Below are positions 23,401-38,400 of a stretch of DNA of 64,000 nucleotides, one piece after another. The stretch covers positions 29,452,001 to 29,516,000 of the forward strand of contig NC_087251.1 in NCBI RefSeq assembly GCF_037042905.1, read 5' to 3'. Positions within the stretch are counted from its first letter, which is position 1, and each line of letters opens with the position of its first letter. The notes beneath the pieces were generated by a model, which did no database searches, was not told where the DNA came from, and saw nothing but the letters and a program-made list of their open reading frames with translations. The DNA is from Lytechinus pictus. Its lineage: Eukaryota. Made by a program: the position numbers and the translations under genes.

Positions 23401-26400
23401 GCCCCACCTGCGACATGGAAAATTGGGCAAAATTGGCCAAAACTGAGCAAAATAATATTTGTTCAATATTTCCCCCGAAACCCCCCGAAATCAGCCGTCT
23501 TCGCTCCTTGGGATGTTTTAGCATCCTAACCGATTATTACAGCGAGAATCAAGAGGATCCAGGGAGTTTGAATTTTCGACCCCCTCGCCCCACCCGCGAC
23601 ATGGAAAATTGGGCAAAATTGGCCAAAATTGAGCAAAATAATATTTGTTCAATATTTCCCCCGAAACCCCCCAAAATCAGCCGTCTTTGCTCCCTGGGAT
23701 GTTTTAGCATCCTAACCGATTATTACAGCGAGAATCAAAAGGATCCAGGGAGTTTGAATTTTCGACCCCCTTGCCCCACCCGCGACATGGAAAATTGGGC
23801 AAAATTGGGCAAAACTGAGCAAAATAATATTTGTTCAATATTTCCCCCTAAACCCCCCCAAATCAGCCGTCCTCGCTTCCTGGGATGTTTTAGCATCCTA
23901 ACTGATTATTACAGCGAGAATCAAGAGGATCCAGGGAGTTTGAATTTTCGACCCCCTCGCCCCACCCGCGACATAAAAATTGGGCAAAATTGGCCAAAAT
24001 TGAGCAAAATAATATTTGTTCAACATTTCCCCCGAAACCCCCCCAAATCAGCCGTCTTCGCTCCCTTGGATGTTTTAGCATCCTAACCGATTATTACAGC
24101 GAGAATCAAGAGGATCCAGGGAGTTTGAATTTTCGACCCCCTCGCCCCACCCGCGACATGGAAAATTGGGCAAAATAATATTTGTTCAATATTTCCCCCG
24201 AAACCCCCCCAAATCAGCCGTCTTCGCTCCCTGGGATGTTTTAGCATCCTAACTGATTATTACAGCGAGAATCAAGAGGATCCAGGGAGTTTGAATTTTC
24301 GACCCCCTCGCCCCACCCGCGACATAAAAATTGGGCAAAATTGGCCAAAATTGAGCAAAATAATATTTGTTCAACATTTCCCCCGAAACCCCCCCAAATC
24401 AGCCGTCTTCGCTCCCTGGAATGTTTTAGCATCCAAACCGATTATTATAGCGAGAATCAAGAGGATCCAGGGAGTTTGAATTTTCGACCCCCTCGCCCCA
24501 CCCGCGACATGGAAAATTGGGCAAAATTGGCCAAAATTGAGCAAAATAATATTTGTTCAATATTTCCCCCGAAACCCCCCAAAATCAGCCGTCTTTGCTC
24601 CCTGGAATGTTTTAGCATCCTAACCGATTATTACAGCGAGAATCAAGAGGATCCAGGGAGTTTGAATTTTCGACCCCCTTGCCCCACCTGCGACATGGAA
24701 AATTGGGCAAAATTGGCCAAAACTGAGCAAAATAATATTTGTTCAATATTTCCCCCGAAACCCCCCCAAATCAGCCGTCTTCGCTCCCTGGGATGTTTTA
24801 GCATCCTAACTGATTATTACAGCGAGAATCAAGAGGATCCAGGGAGTTTGAATTTTCGACCCCCTCGCCCCACCCGCGACATGAAAAATTGGGCAAAATT
24901 GGCCAAAATTGAGCAAAATAATATTTGTTCAATATTTCCCCCGAAACCCCCCGAAATCAGCCGTCTTCGCTCCTTGGGATGTTTTAGCATCCTAACCGAT
25001 TATTACAGCGAGAATCAAGAGGATCCAGGGAGTTTGAATTTTCGACCCCCTCGCCCCACCCGCGACATGGAAAATTAGGCAAAATTGGCCAAAATTGAGC
25101 AAAATAATATTTGTTCAATATTTCCCCCGAAACCCCCCGAAACCCCCCAAAATCAGCCGTCTTTGCTCCCTGGGATGTTTTAGCATCCTAACCGATTATT
25201 ACAGCGAGAATCAAAAGGATCCAGGGAGTTTGAACTTTCGACCCCCTTGCCCCACCCGCGACATGGAAAATTGGGCAAAACTGAGCAAAATAATATTTGT
25301 TCAATATTTCCCCCTAAACCCCCCCAAATCAGCCGTCCTCGCTTCCTGGGATGTTTTAGCATCCTAACTGATTATTACAGCGAGAATCAAGAGGATCCAG
25401 GGAGTTTGAATTTTCGACCCCCTCGCCCCACCCGCGACATAAAAATTGGGCAAAATTGGCCAAAATTGAGCAAAATAATATTTGTTCAACATTTCCCCCG
25501 AAACCCCCCCCAAATCAGCCGTCTTCGCTCCCTTGGATGTTTTAGCATCCTAACCGATTATTACAGCGAGAATCAAGAGGATCCAGGGAGTTTGAATTTT
25601 CGACCCCCTCGCCCCACCCGCGACATGGAAAATTGGGCAAAATTGGCCAAAATTGAGCAAAATAATATTTGTTCAATATTTCCCCCGAAACCCCCCAAAA
25701 TCAGCCGTCTTTGCTCCCTGGGATGTTTTAGCATCCTAACCGATTATTACAGCGAGAATCAAAAGGATCCAGGGAGTTTGAATTTTCGACCCCCTTGCCC
25801 CACCCGCGACATGGAAAATTGGGCAAAATTGGGCAAAACTGAGCAAAATAATATTTGTTCAATATTTCCCCCTAAACCCCCCCAAATCAGCCGTCCTCGC
25901 TTCCTGGGATGTTTTAGCATCCTAACTGATTATTACAGCGAGAATCAAGAGGATCCAGGGAGTTTGAATTTTCGACCCCCTCGCCCCACCCGCGACATGA
26001 AAAATTGGGCAAAATTGGCCAAAATTGAGCAAAATAATATTTGTTCAATATTTCCCCCGAAACCCCCCATAATCAGCCGTCTTTGCTCCCTGGGATGTTT
26101 TAGCATCCTAACCGATTATTACAGCGAGAATCAAGAGGATCCAGAGAGTTTGAATTTTCGACCCCCTCGCCCCACCCGCGACATGGAAAATTGGGCAAAA
26201 TTGGCCAAAATTTAGCAAAATAATATTTGTTCAATATTTCCCCCGAAACCCCCCAAAATCAGCCGTCTTTGCTCCCTGGAATGTTTTAGCATCCTAACCG
26301 ATTATTACAGCGAGAATCAAGAGGATCCAGGGAGTTTGAATTTTCGACCCCCTTGCCCCACCTGCGACATGGAAAATTGGGCAAAATTGGCCAAAACTGA

Positions 26401-29400
26401 GCAAAATAATATTTGTTCAATATTTCCCCCGAAACCCCCCCAAATCAGCCGTCTTCGCTCCCTGGGATGTTTTAGCATCATAACTGATTATTACAGCGAG
26501 AATCAAGAGGATCCAGGGAGTTTGAATTTTCGACCCCCTCGCCCCACCCGCGACATGAAAAATTGGGCAAAATTGGCCAAAATTGAGCAAAATAATATTT
26601 GTTCAATATTTCCCCCGAAACCCCCCGAAATCAGCCGTCTTCGCTCCTTGGGATGTTTTAGCATCCTAACCGATTATTACAGCGAGAATCAAGAGGATCC
26701 AGGGAGTTTGAATTTTCGACCCCCTCGCCCCACCCGCGACATGGAAAATTGGGCAAAATTGGCCAAAATTGAGCAAAATAATATTTGTTCAATATTTCCC
26801 CCGAAACCCCCCAAAATCAGCCGTCTTTGCTCCCTGGGATGTTTTAGCATCCTAACCGATTATTACAGCGAGAATCAAAAGGATCCAGGGAGTTTGAATT
26901 TTCGACCCCCTTGCCCCACCCGCGACATGGAAAATTGGGCAAAATTGGGCAAAACTGAGCAAAATAATATTTGTTCAATATTTCCCCCTAAACCCCCCCA
27001 AATCAGCCGTCCTCGCTTCCTGGGATGTTTTAGCATCCTAACTGATTATTACAGCGAGAATCAAGAGGATCCAGGGAGTTTGAATTTTCGACCCCCTCGC
27101 CCCACCCGCGACATAAAAATTGGGCAAAATTGGCCAAAATTGAGCAAAATAATATTTGTTCAACATTTCCCCCGAAACCCCCCCAAATCAGCCGTCTTCG
27201 CTCCCTTGGATGTTTTAGCATCCTAACCGATTATTACAGCGAGAATCAAGAGGATCCAGGGAGTTTGAATTTTCGACCCCCTCGCCCCACCCGCGACATG
27301 GAAAATTGGCCAAAATTGAGCAAAATAATATTTGTTCAATATTTCCCCCGAAACCCCCCAAAATCAGCCGTCTTTGCTCCCTGGGATGTTTTAGCATCCT
27401 AACCGATTATTACAGCGAGAATCAAAAGGATCCAGGGATTTTGAATTTTCGACCCCCTTGCCCCACCCGCGACATGGAAAATTGGGCAAAACTGAGCAAA
27501 ATAATATTTGTTCAATATTTCCCCCTAAACCCCCCCCAAATCAGCCGTCCTCGCTTCCTGGGATGTTTTAGCATCCTAACTGATTATTACAGCGAGAATC
27601 AAGAGGATCCAGGGAGTTTGAATTTTCGACCCCCTCGCCCCACCCGCGACATGAAAAATTGGGCAAAATTGGGCAAAATTGAGCAAAATAATATTTGTTC
27701 AATATTTCCCCCGAAACCCCCCCAAATCAGCCGTCTTCGCTCCTTGGGATGTTTTAGCATCCTAACCGATTATTACAGCGAGAATCAAGAGGATCCAGGG
27801 AGTTTGAATTTTCGACCCCCTCGCCCCACCCACGACATGGAAAATTGGGCAATATTGGGCAAAACTGAGCAAAATAATATTTGTTCAATATTTCCCCCTA
27901 AACCCCCCCAAATCAGCCGTCCTCGCTTCCTGGGATGTTTTAGCATCCTAACTGATTATTACAGCGAGAATCAAGAGGATCCAGGGAGTTTGAATTTTCG
28001 ACCCCCTCGCCCCACCCGCGACATAAAAATTGGGCAAAATTGGCCAAAATTGAGCAAAATAATATTTGTTCAACATTTCCCCCGAAACCCCCCCAAATCA
28101 GCTGTCTTCGCTCCCTTGGATGTTTTAGCATCCTAACCGATTATTACAGCGAGAATCAAGAGGATCCAGGGAGTTTGAATTTTCGACCCCCTCGCCCCAC
28201 CCGCGACATGGAAAATTGGGCAAAATTGGCCAAAATTGAGCAAAATAATATTTGTTCAATATTTCCCCCGAAACCCCCCAAAATCAGCCGTCTTTGCTCC
28301 CTGGGATGTTTTAGCATCCTAACCGATTATTACAGCGAGAATCAAAAGGATCAAGGGAGTTTGAATTTTCGACCCCCTTGCCCCACCCGCGACATGGAAA
28401 ATTGGGCAAAACTGAGCAAAATAATATTTGTTCAATATTTCCCCCTAAACCCCCCCAAATCAGCCGTCCTCGCTTCCTGGGATGTTTTAGCATCCTAACT
28501 GATTATTACAGCGAGAATCAAGAGGATCCAGGGAGTTTGAATTTTCGACCCCCTCGCCCCACCCGCGACATGAAAAATTGGGCAAAACTGAGCAAAATAA
28601 TATTTGTTCAATATTTCCCCCTAAACCCCCCAAAATCAGCCGTCTTTGCTCCCTGGAATGTTTTAGCATCCTAACCGATTATTACAGCGAGAATCAAGAG
28701 GATCCAGGGAGTTTGAATTTTCGACCCCCTTGCCCCACCTGCGACATGGAAAATTGGGCAAAATTGGCCAAAACTGAGCAAAATAATATTTGTTCAATAT
28801 TTCCCCCGCAACCCCCCGAAATCAGCCGTCTTTGCTCCTTGGGATGTTTTAGCATCCTAACCGATTATTACAGCGAGAATCAAGAGGATCCAGGGAGTTT
28901 GAATTTTCGACCCCTCGCCCCACCCGCGACGTGGAAAATTGGGCAAAATTGGCCAAAATTGAGCAAAATAATATTTGTTCAATATTTCCCCCGAAACCCC
29001 CCAAAATCAGCCGTCTTTGCTCCCTGGGATGTTTTAGCATCCTAACCGATTATTACAGCGAGAATCAAAAGGATCTTGGGAGTTTGAATTTTCGACCCCC
29101 TTGCCCCACCCGCGACATGGAAAATTGGGCAAAATTGGGCAAAACTGAGCAAAATAATATTTGTTCAATATTTCCCCCGAAACCCCCCCAAATCAGCCGT
29201 CCTCGCTTCCTGGGATGTTTTAGCATCCTAACTGATTATTACAGCGAGAATCAAGAGGATCCAGGGAGTTTGAATTTTCGACCCCCTCGCCCCACCCGCG
29301 ACATAAAAATTGGGCAAAATTGGCCAAAATTGAGCAAAATAATATTTGTTCAACATTTCCCCCAAAACCCCCCCAAATCAGCCGTCTTCGCTCCCTTGGA

Positions 29401-32400
29401 TGTTTTAGCATCCTAACCGATTATTACAGCGAGAATCAAGAGGATCCAGGGAGTTTGAATTTTCGACCCCCTCGCCCCACCCGCGACATGGAAAATTGGG
29501 CAAAATTGGCCAAAATTGAGCAAAATAATACTTGTTCAATATTTCCCCCGAAACCCCCCAAAATCAGCCGTCTTTGCTCCCTGGGATGTTTTAGCATCCT
29601 AACCGATTATTACAGCGAGAATCAAGAGGATCCAGGGAGTTTGAATTTTCGACCCCCTCGCCCCACCCACGACATGGAAAATTGGGCAATATTGGGCAAA
29701 ACTGAGCAAAATAATATTTGTTCAATATTTCCCCCTAAACCCCCCCAAATCAGCCGTCCTCGCTTCCTGGGATGTTTTAGCATCCTAACTGATTATTACA
29801 GCGAGAATCAAGAGGATCCAGGGAGTTTGAATTTTCGACCCCCTCGCCCCACCCGCGACATAAAAATTGGGCAAAATTGGCCAAAATTGAGCAAAATAAT
29901 ATTTGTTCAACATTTCCCCCGAAACCCCCCCAAATCAGCTGTCTTCGCTCCCTTGGATGTTTTAGCATCCTAACCGATTATTACAGCGAGAATCAAGAGG
30001 ATCCAGGGAGTTTGAATTTTCGACCCCCTCGCCCCACCCGCGACATGGAAAATTTGGCAAAATTGGCCAAAATTGAGCAAAATAATATTTGTTCAATATT
30101 TCCCCCGAAACCCCCCAAAATCAGCCGTCTTTGCTCCCTGGGATGTTTTAGCATCCTAACCGATTATTACAGCGAGAATCAAAAGGATCAAGGGAGTTTG
30201 AATTTTCGACCCCCTTGCCCCACCCGCGACATGGAAAATTGGGCAAAACTGAGCAAAATAATATTTGTTCAATATTTCCCCCTAAACCCCCCCAAATCAG
30301 CCGTCCTCGCTTCCTGGGATGTTTTAGCATCCTAACTGATTATTACAGCGAGAATCAAGAGGATCCAGGGAGTTTGAATTTTCGACCCCCTCGCCCCACC
30401 CGCGACATGAAAAATTGGGCAAAATTGAGCAAAATAATATTTGTTCAATATTTCCCCCGAAACCCCCCAAAATCAGCCGTCTTTGCTCCCTGGAATGTTT
30501 TAGCATCCTAACCGATTATTACAGCGAGAATCAAGAGGATCCAGGGAGTTTGAATTTTCGACCCCCTTGCCCCACCTGCGACATGGAAAATTGGGCAAAA
30601 TTGGCCAAAACTGAGCAAAATAATATTTGTTCAATATTTCCCCCGAAATCAGCCGTCTTTGCTCCTTGGGATGTTTTAGCATCCTAACCGATTATTACAG
30701 CGAGAATCAAGAGGATCCAGGGAGTTTGAATTTTCGACCCCTCGCCCCACCCGCGACGTGGAAAATTGGGCAAAATTGGCCAAAATTGAGCAAAATAATA
30801 TTTGTTCAATATTTCCCCCGAAACCCCCCAAAATCAGCCGTCTTTGCTCCCTGGGATGTTTTAGCATCCTAACCGATTATTACAGCGAGAATCAAAAGGA
30901 TCTTGGGAGTTTGAATTTTCGACCCCCTTGCCCCACCCGCGACATGGAAAATTGGGCAAAATTGGGCAAAACTGAGCAAAATAATATTTGTTCAATATTT
31001 CCCCCGAAACCCCCCCAAATCAGCCGTCCTCGCTTCCTGGGATGTTTTAGCATCCTAACTGATTATTACAGCGAGAATCAAGAGGATCCAGGGAGTTTGA
31101 ATTTTCGACCCCCTCGCCCCACCCGCGACATAAAAATTGGGCAAAATTGGCCAAAATTGAGCAAAATAATATTTGTTCAACATTTCCCCCAAAACCCCCC
31201 CAAATCAGCCGTCTTCGCTCCCTTGGATGTTTTAGCATCCTAACCGATTATTACAGCGAGAATCAAGAGGATCCAGGGAGTTTGAATTTTCGACCCCCTC
31301 GCCCCACCCGCGACATGGAAAATTGGACAAAATTGGCCAAAATTGAGCAAAATAATACTTGTTCAATATTTCCCCCGAAACCCCCCAAAATCAGCCGTCT
31401 TTGCTCCCTGGGATGTTTTAGCATCCTAACCGATTATTACAGCGAGGATCAAAAGGATCCAGGGAGTTTGAATTTTCGACCCCCTTGCCCCACCCGCGAC
31501 ATGGAAAATTGGGCAAAATTGGGCAAAACTGAGCAAAATAATATTTGTTCAATATTTCCCCCTAAACCCCCCCAAATCAGCCGTCCTCGCTTCCTGGGAT
31601 GTTTTAGCATCCTAACTGATTATTACAGCGAGAATCAAGAGGATCCAGGGAGTTTGAATTTTCGACCCCCTCGCCCCACCCGCGACATGAAAAATTGGGC
31701 AAAATTGGCCAAAATTGAGCAAAATAATATTTGTTCAATATTTCCCCCGAAACCCCCCATAATCAGCCGTCTTTGCTCCCTGGGATGTTTTAGCATCCTA
31801 ACCAATTATTACAGCGAGAATCAAGAGGATCCAGAGAGTTTGAATTTTCGACCCCCTCGCCCCACCCGCGACATGGAAAATTGGGCAAAATTGGCCAAAA
31901 TTTAGCAAAATAATATTTGTTCAATATTTCCCCCGAAACCCCCCAAAATCAGCCGTCTTTGCTCCCTGGAATGTTTTAGCATCCTAACCGATTATTACAG
32001 CGAGAATCAACAGGATCCAGGGAGTTTGAATTTTCGACCCCCTTGCCCCACCTGCGACATGGAAAATTGGGCAAAATTGGCCAAAACTGAGCAAAATAAT
32101 ATTTGTTCAATATTTCCCCCGAAACCCCCCCAAATCAGCCGTCTTCGCTCCCTGGGATGTTTTAGCATCCTAACTGATTATTACAGCGAGAATCAAGAGG
32201 ATCCAGGGAGTTTGAATTTTCGACCCCCTCGCCCCACCCGCGACATGAAAAATTGGGCAAAATTGGCCAAAATTGAGCAAAATAATATTTGTTCAATATT
32301 TCCCCCGAAACCCCCCGAAATCAGCCGTCTTCGCTCCTTGGGATGTTTTAGCATCCTAACCGATTATTACAGCGAGAATCAAGAGGATCCAGGGAGTTTG

Positions 32401-35400
32401 AATTTTCGACCCCCTCGCCCCACCCGCGACATGGAAAATTGGGCAAAATTGGCCAAAATTGAGCAAAATAATATTTGTTCAATATTTCCCCCGAAACCCC
32501 CCAAAATCAGCCGTCTTTGCTCCCTGGGATGTTTTAGCATCCTAACCGATTATTACAGCGAGAATCAAAAGGATCCAGGGAGTTTGAATTTTCGACCCCC
32601 TTGCCCCACCCGCGACATGGAAAATTGGGCAAAATTGGGCAAAACTGAGCAAAATAATATTTGTTCAATATTTCCCCCGAAACCCCCCCAAATCAGCCGT
32701 CCTCGCTTCCTGGGATGTTTTAGCATCCTAACTGATTATTACAGCGAGAATCAAGAGGATCCAGGGAGTTTGAATTTTCGACCCCCTCGCCCCACCCGCG
32801 ACATAAAAATTGGGCAAAATTGGCCAAAATTGAGCAAAATAATATTTGTTCAACATTTCCCCCAAAACCCCCCCAAATCAGCCGTCTTCGCTCCCTTGGA
32901 TGTTTTAGCATCCTAACCGATTATTACAGCGAGAATCAAGAGGATCCAGGGAGTTTGAATTTTCGACCCCCTCGCCCCACCCGCGACATGGAAAATTGGG
33001 CAAAATTGGCCAAAATTGAGCAAAATAATACTTGTTCAATATTTCCCCCGAAACCCCCCAAAATCAGCCGTCTTTGCTCCCTGGGATGTTTTAGCATCCT
33101 AACCGATTATTACAGCGAGAATCAAGAGGATCCAGGGAGTTTGAATTTTCGACCCCCTCGCCCCACCCACGACATGGAAAATTGGGCAATATTGGGCAAA
33201 ACTGAGCAAAATAATATTTGTTCAATATTTCCCCCTAAACCCCCCCAAATCAGCCGTCCTCGCTTCCTGGGATGTTTTAGCATCCTAACTGATTATTACA
33301 GCGAGAATCAAGAGGATCCAGGGAGTTTGAATTTTCGACCCCCTCGCCCCACCCGCGACATAAAAATTGGGCAAAATTGGCCAAAATTGAGCAAAATAAT
33401 ATTTGTTCAACATTTCCCCCGAAACCCCCCCAAATCAGCTGTCTTCGCTCCCTTGGATGTTTTAGCATCCTAACCGATTATTACAGCGAGAATCAAGAGG
33501 ATCCAGGGAGTTTGAATTTTCGACCCCCTCGCCCCACCCGCGACATGGAAAATTTGGCAAAATTGGCCAAAATTGAGCAAAATAATATTTGTTCAATATT
33601 TCCCCCGAAACCCCCCAAAATCAGCCGTCTTTGCTCCCTGGGATGTTTTAGCATCCTAACCGATTATTACAGCGAGAATCAAAAGGATCAAGGGAGTTTG
33701 AATTTTCGACCCCCTTGCCCCACCCGCGACATGGAAAATTGGGCAAAACTGAGCAAAATAATATTTGTTCAATATTTCCCCCTAAACCCCCCCAAATCAG
33801 CCGTCCTCGCTTCCTGGGATGTTTTAGCATCCTAACTGATTATTACAGCGAGAATCAAGAGGATCCAGGGAGTTTGAATTTTCGACCCCCTCGCCCCACC
33901 CGCGACATGAAAAATTGGGCAAAATTGAGCAAAATAATATTTGTTCAATATTTCCCCCGAAACCCCCCAAAATCAGCCGTCTTTGCTCCCTGGAATGTTT
34001 TAGCATCCTAACCGATTATTACAGCGAGAATCAAGAGGATCCAGGGAGTTTGAATTTTCGACCCCCTTGCCCCACCTGCGACATGGAAAATTGGGCAAAA
34101 TTGGCCAAAACTGAGCAAAATAATATTTGTTCAATATTTCCCCCGAAACCCCCCGAAATCAGCCGTCTTTGCTCCTTGGGATGTTTTAGCATCCTAACCG
34201 ATTATTACAGCGAGAATCAAGAGGATCCAGGGAGTTTGAATTTTCGACCCCTCGCCCCACCCGCGACGTGGAAAATTGGGCAAAATTGGCCAAAATTGAG
34301 CAAAATAATATTTGTTCAATATTTCCCCCGAAACCCCCCAAAATCAGCCGTCTTTGCTCCCTGGGATGTTTTAGCATCCTAACCGATTATTACAGCGAGA
34401 ATCAAAAGGATCTTGGGAGTTTGAATTTTCGACCCCCTTGCCCCACCCGCGACATGGAAAATTGGGCAAAATTGGGCAAAACTGAGCAAAATAATATTTG
34501 TTCAATATTTCCCCCGAAACCCCCCCAAATCAGCCGTCCTCGCTTCCTGGGATGTTTTAGCATCCTAACTGATTATTACAGCGAGAATCAAGAGGATCCA
34601 GGGAGTTTGAATTTTCGACCCCCTCGCCCCACCCGCGACATAAAAATTGGGCAAAATTGGCCAAAATTGAGCAAAATAATATTTGTTCAACATTTCCCCC
34701 AAAACCCCCCCAAATCAGCCGTCTTCGCTCCCTTGGATGTTTTAGCATCCTAACCGATTATTACAGCGAGAATCAAGAGGATCCAGGGAGTTTGAATTTT
34801 CGACCCCCTCGCCCCACCCGCGACATGGAAAATTGGACAAAATTGGCCAAAATTGAGCAAAATAATACTTGTTCAATATTTCCCCCGAAACCCCCCAAAA
34901 TCAGCCGTCTTTGCTCCCTGGGATGTTTTAGCATCCTAACCGATTATTACAGCGAGGATCAAAAGGATCCAGGGAGTTTGAATTTTCGACCCCCTTGCCC
35001 CACCCGCGACATGGAAAATTGGGCAAAATTGGGCAAAACTGAGCAAAATAATATTTGTTCAATATTTCCCCCTAAACCCCCCCAAATCAGCCGTCCTCGC
35101 TTCCTGGGATGTTTTAGCATCCTAACTGATTATTACAGCGAGAATCAAGAGGATCCAGGGAGTTTGAATTTTCGACCCCCTCGCCCCACCCGCGACATGA
35201 AAAATTGGGCAAAATTGGCCAAAATTGAGCAAAATAATATTTGTTCAATATTTCCCCCGAAACCCCCCATAATCAGCCGTCTTTGCTCCCTGGGATGTTT
35301 TAGCATCCTAACCAATTATTACAGCGAGAATCAAGAGGATCCAGAGAGTTTGAATTTTCGACCCCCTCGCCCCACCCGCGACATGGAAAATTGGGCAAAA

Positions 35401-38400
35401 TTGGCCAAAATTTAGCAAAATAATATTTGTTCAATATTTCCCCCGAAACCCCCCAAAATCAGCCGTCTTTGCTCCCTGGAATGTTTTAGCATCCTAACCG
35501 ATTATTACAGCGAGAATCAACAGGATCCAGGGAGTTTGAATTTTCGACCCCCTTGCCCCACCTGCGACATGGAAAATTGGGCAAAATTGGCCAAAACTGA
35601 GCAAAATAATATTTGTTCAATATTTCCCCCGAAACCCCCCCAAATCAGCCGTCTTCGCTCCCTGGGATGTTTTAGCATCCTAACTGATTATTACAGCGAG
35701 AATCAAGAGGATCCAGGGAGTTTGAATTTTCGACCCCCTCGCCCCACCCGCGACATGAAAAATTGGGCAAAATTGGCCAAAATTGAGCAAAATAATATTT
35801 GTTCAATATTTCCCCCGAAACCCCCCGAAATCAGCCGTCTTCGCTCCTTGGGATGTTTTAGCATCCTAACCGATTATTACAGCGAGAATCAAGAGGATCC
35901 AGGGAGTTTGAATTTTCGACCCCCTCGCCCCACCCGCGACATGGAAAATTGGGCAAAATTGGCCAAAATTGAGCAAAATAATATTTGTTCAATATTTCCC
36001 CCGAAACCCCCCAAAATCAGCCGTCTTTGCTCCCTGGGATGTTTTAGCATCCTAACCGATTATTACAGCGAGAATCAAAAGGATCCAGGGAGTTTGAATT
36101 TTCGACCCCCTTGCCCCACCCGCGACATGGAAAATTGGGCAAAATTGGGCAAAACTGAGCAAAATAATATTTGTTCAATATTTCCCCCTAAACCCCCCCA
36201 AATCAGCCGTCCTCGCTTCCTGGGATGTTTTAGCATCCTAACTGATTATTACAGCGAGAATCAAGAGGATCCAGGGAGTTTGAATTTTCGACCCCCTCGC
36301 CCCACCCGCGACATAAAAATTGGGCAAAATTGGCCAAAATTGAGCAAAATAATATTTGTTCAACATTTCCCCCGAAACCCCCCCAAATCAGCCGTCTTCG
36401 CTCCCTTGGATGTTTTAGCATCCTAACCGATTATTACAGCGAGAATCAAGAGGATCCAGGGAGTTTGAATTTTCGACCCCCTCGCCCCACCCGCGACATG
36501 GAAAATTGGGCAAAATTGGCCAAAATTGAGCAAAATAATATTTGTTCAATATTTCCCCCGAAACCCCCCAAAATCAGCCGTCTTTGCTCCCTGGGATGTT
36601 TTAGCATCCTAACCGATTATTACAGCGAGAATCAAAAGGATCCAGGGAGTTTGAATTTTCGACCCCCTTGCCCCACCCGCGACATGGAAAATTGGGCAAA
36701 ATTGGGCAAAACTGAGCAAAATAATATTTGTTCAATATTTCCCCCTAAACCCCCCCAAATCAGCCGTCCTCGCTTCCTGGGATGTTTTAGCATCCTAACT
36801 GATTATTACAGCGAGAATCAAGAGGATCCAGAGAGTTTGAATTTTCGACCCCCTCGCCCCACCCGCGACATGGAAAATTGGGCAAAATTGGCCAAAATTG
36901 AGCAAAATAATATTTGTTCAATATTTCCCCCGAGACACCCCAAAATCAGCCGTCTTTGCTCCCTGGAATGTTTTAGCATCCTAACCGATTATTACAGCGA
37001 GAATCAAGAGGATCCAGGGAGTTTGAATTTTCGACCCCCTTGCCCCACCTGCGACATGGAAAATTGGGCAAAATTGGCCAAAACTGAGCAAAATAATATT
37101 TGTTCAATATTTCCCCCGAAACCCCCCCAAATCAGCCGTCTTCGCTCCCTGGGATGTTTAAGCATCCTAACTGATTATTACAGCGAGAATCAAGAGGATC
37201 CAGGGAGTTTGAATTTTAGACCCCCTCGCCCCACCCGCGACATGAAAAATTGGGCAAAATTGGCCAAAATTGAGCAAAATAATATTTGTTCAATATTTCC
37301 CCCGAAACCCCCCGAAATCAGCTGTCTTCGCTCCTTGGGATGTTTTAGCATCCTAACCGATTATTACAGCGAGAATCAAGAGGATCCAGAGAGTTTGAAT
37401 TTTCGACCCCCTCGCCCCACCCGCGACATGGAAAATTGGGCAAAATTGGCCAAAATTGAGCAAAATAATATTTGTTCAATATTTCCCCCGAAACCCCCCA
37501 AAATCAGCCGTCTTTGCTCCCTGGGATGTTTAAGCATCCTAACCGATTATTACAGCGAGAATCAAAAGGATCCAGGGAGTTTGAATTTTCGACCACCTTG
37601 CCCCACCCGCGACATGGAAAATTGGGCAAAACTGAGCAAAATAATATTTGATCAATATTTCCCCCTAAACCCCCCCAAATCAGCCGTCCTCGCTTCCTGG
37701 GATGTTTTAGCATCCTAACTGATTATTACAGCGAGAATCAAGAGGTCCAGGGAGTTTGAATTTTCGACCCCCTCGCCCCACCCGCGACATGAAAAATTGG
37801 GCAAAATTGGCCAAAATTGAGCAAAATAATATTTGTTCAATATTTCCCCCGAAACCCCCCGAAATCAGCCATCTTCGCTCCTTGGGATGTTTTAGCATCC
37901 TAACCGATTATTACAGCGAGAATCAAGAGGATCCAGGGAGTTTGAATTTTCGACCCCCTCGCCCCACCCGCGACATGGAAAATTGGGCAAAATTGGCCAA
38001 AATTGAGCAAAATAATATTTGTTCAATATTTCCCCCGAAACCCCCCAAAATCAGCCGTCTTTGCTCCCTGGGTTGTTTTAGCATCCTAACCGATTATTAC
38101 AGCGAGAATCAAAAGGATCCAGGGAGTTTGAATTTTCGACCCCCTTGCCCCACCCGCGACATGGAAAATTGGGCAAAATTGGCCAAAACTGAGCAAAATA
38201 ATATTTGTTCAATATTTCCCCCTAAACCCCCCCAAATCAGCCGTCCTCGCTTCCTGGGATGTTTTAGCATCCTAACTGATTATTACAGCAAGAATCAAGA
38301 GGATCCAGGGAGTTTGAATTTTCGACCCCCTCGCCCCACCCGCGACATAAAAATTGGGCAAAATTGGCCAAAATTGAGCAAAATAATATTTGTTCAACAT

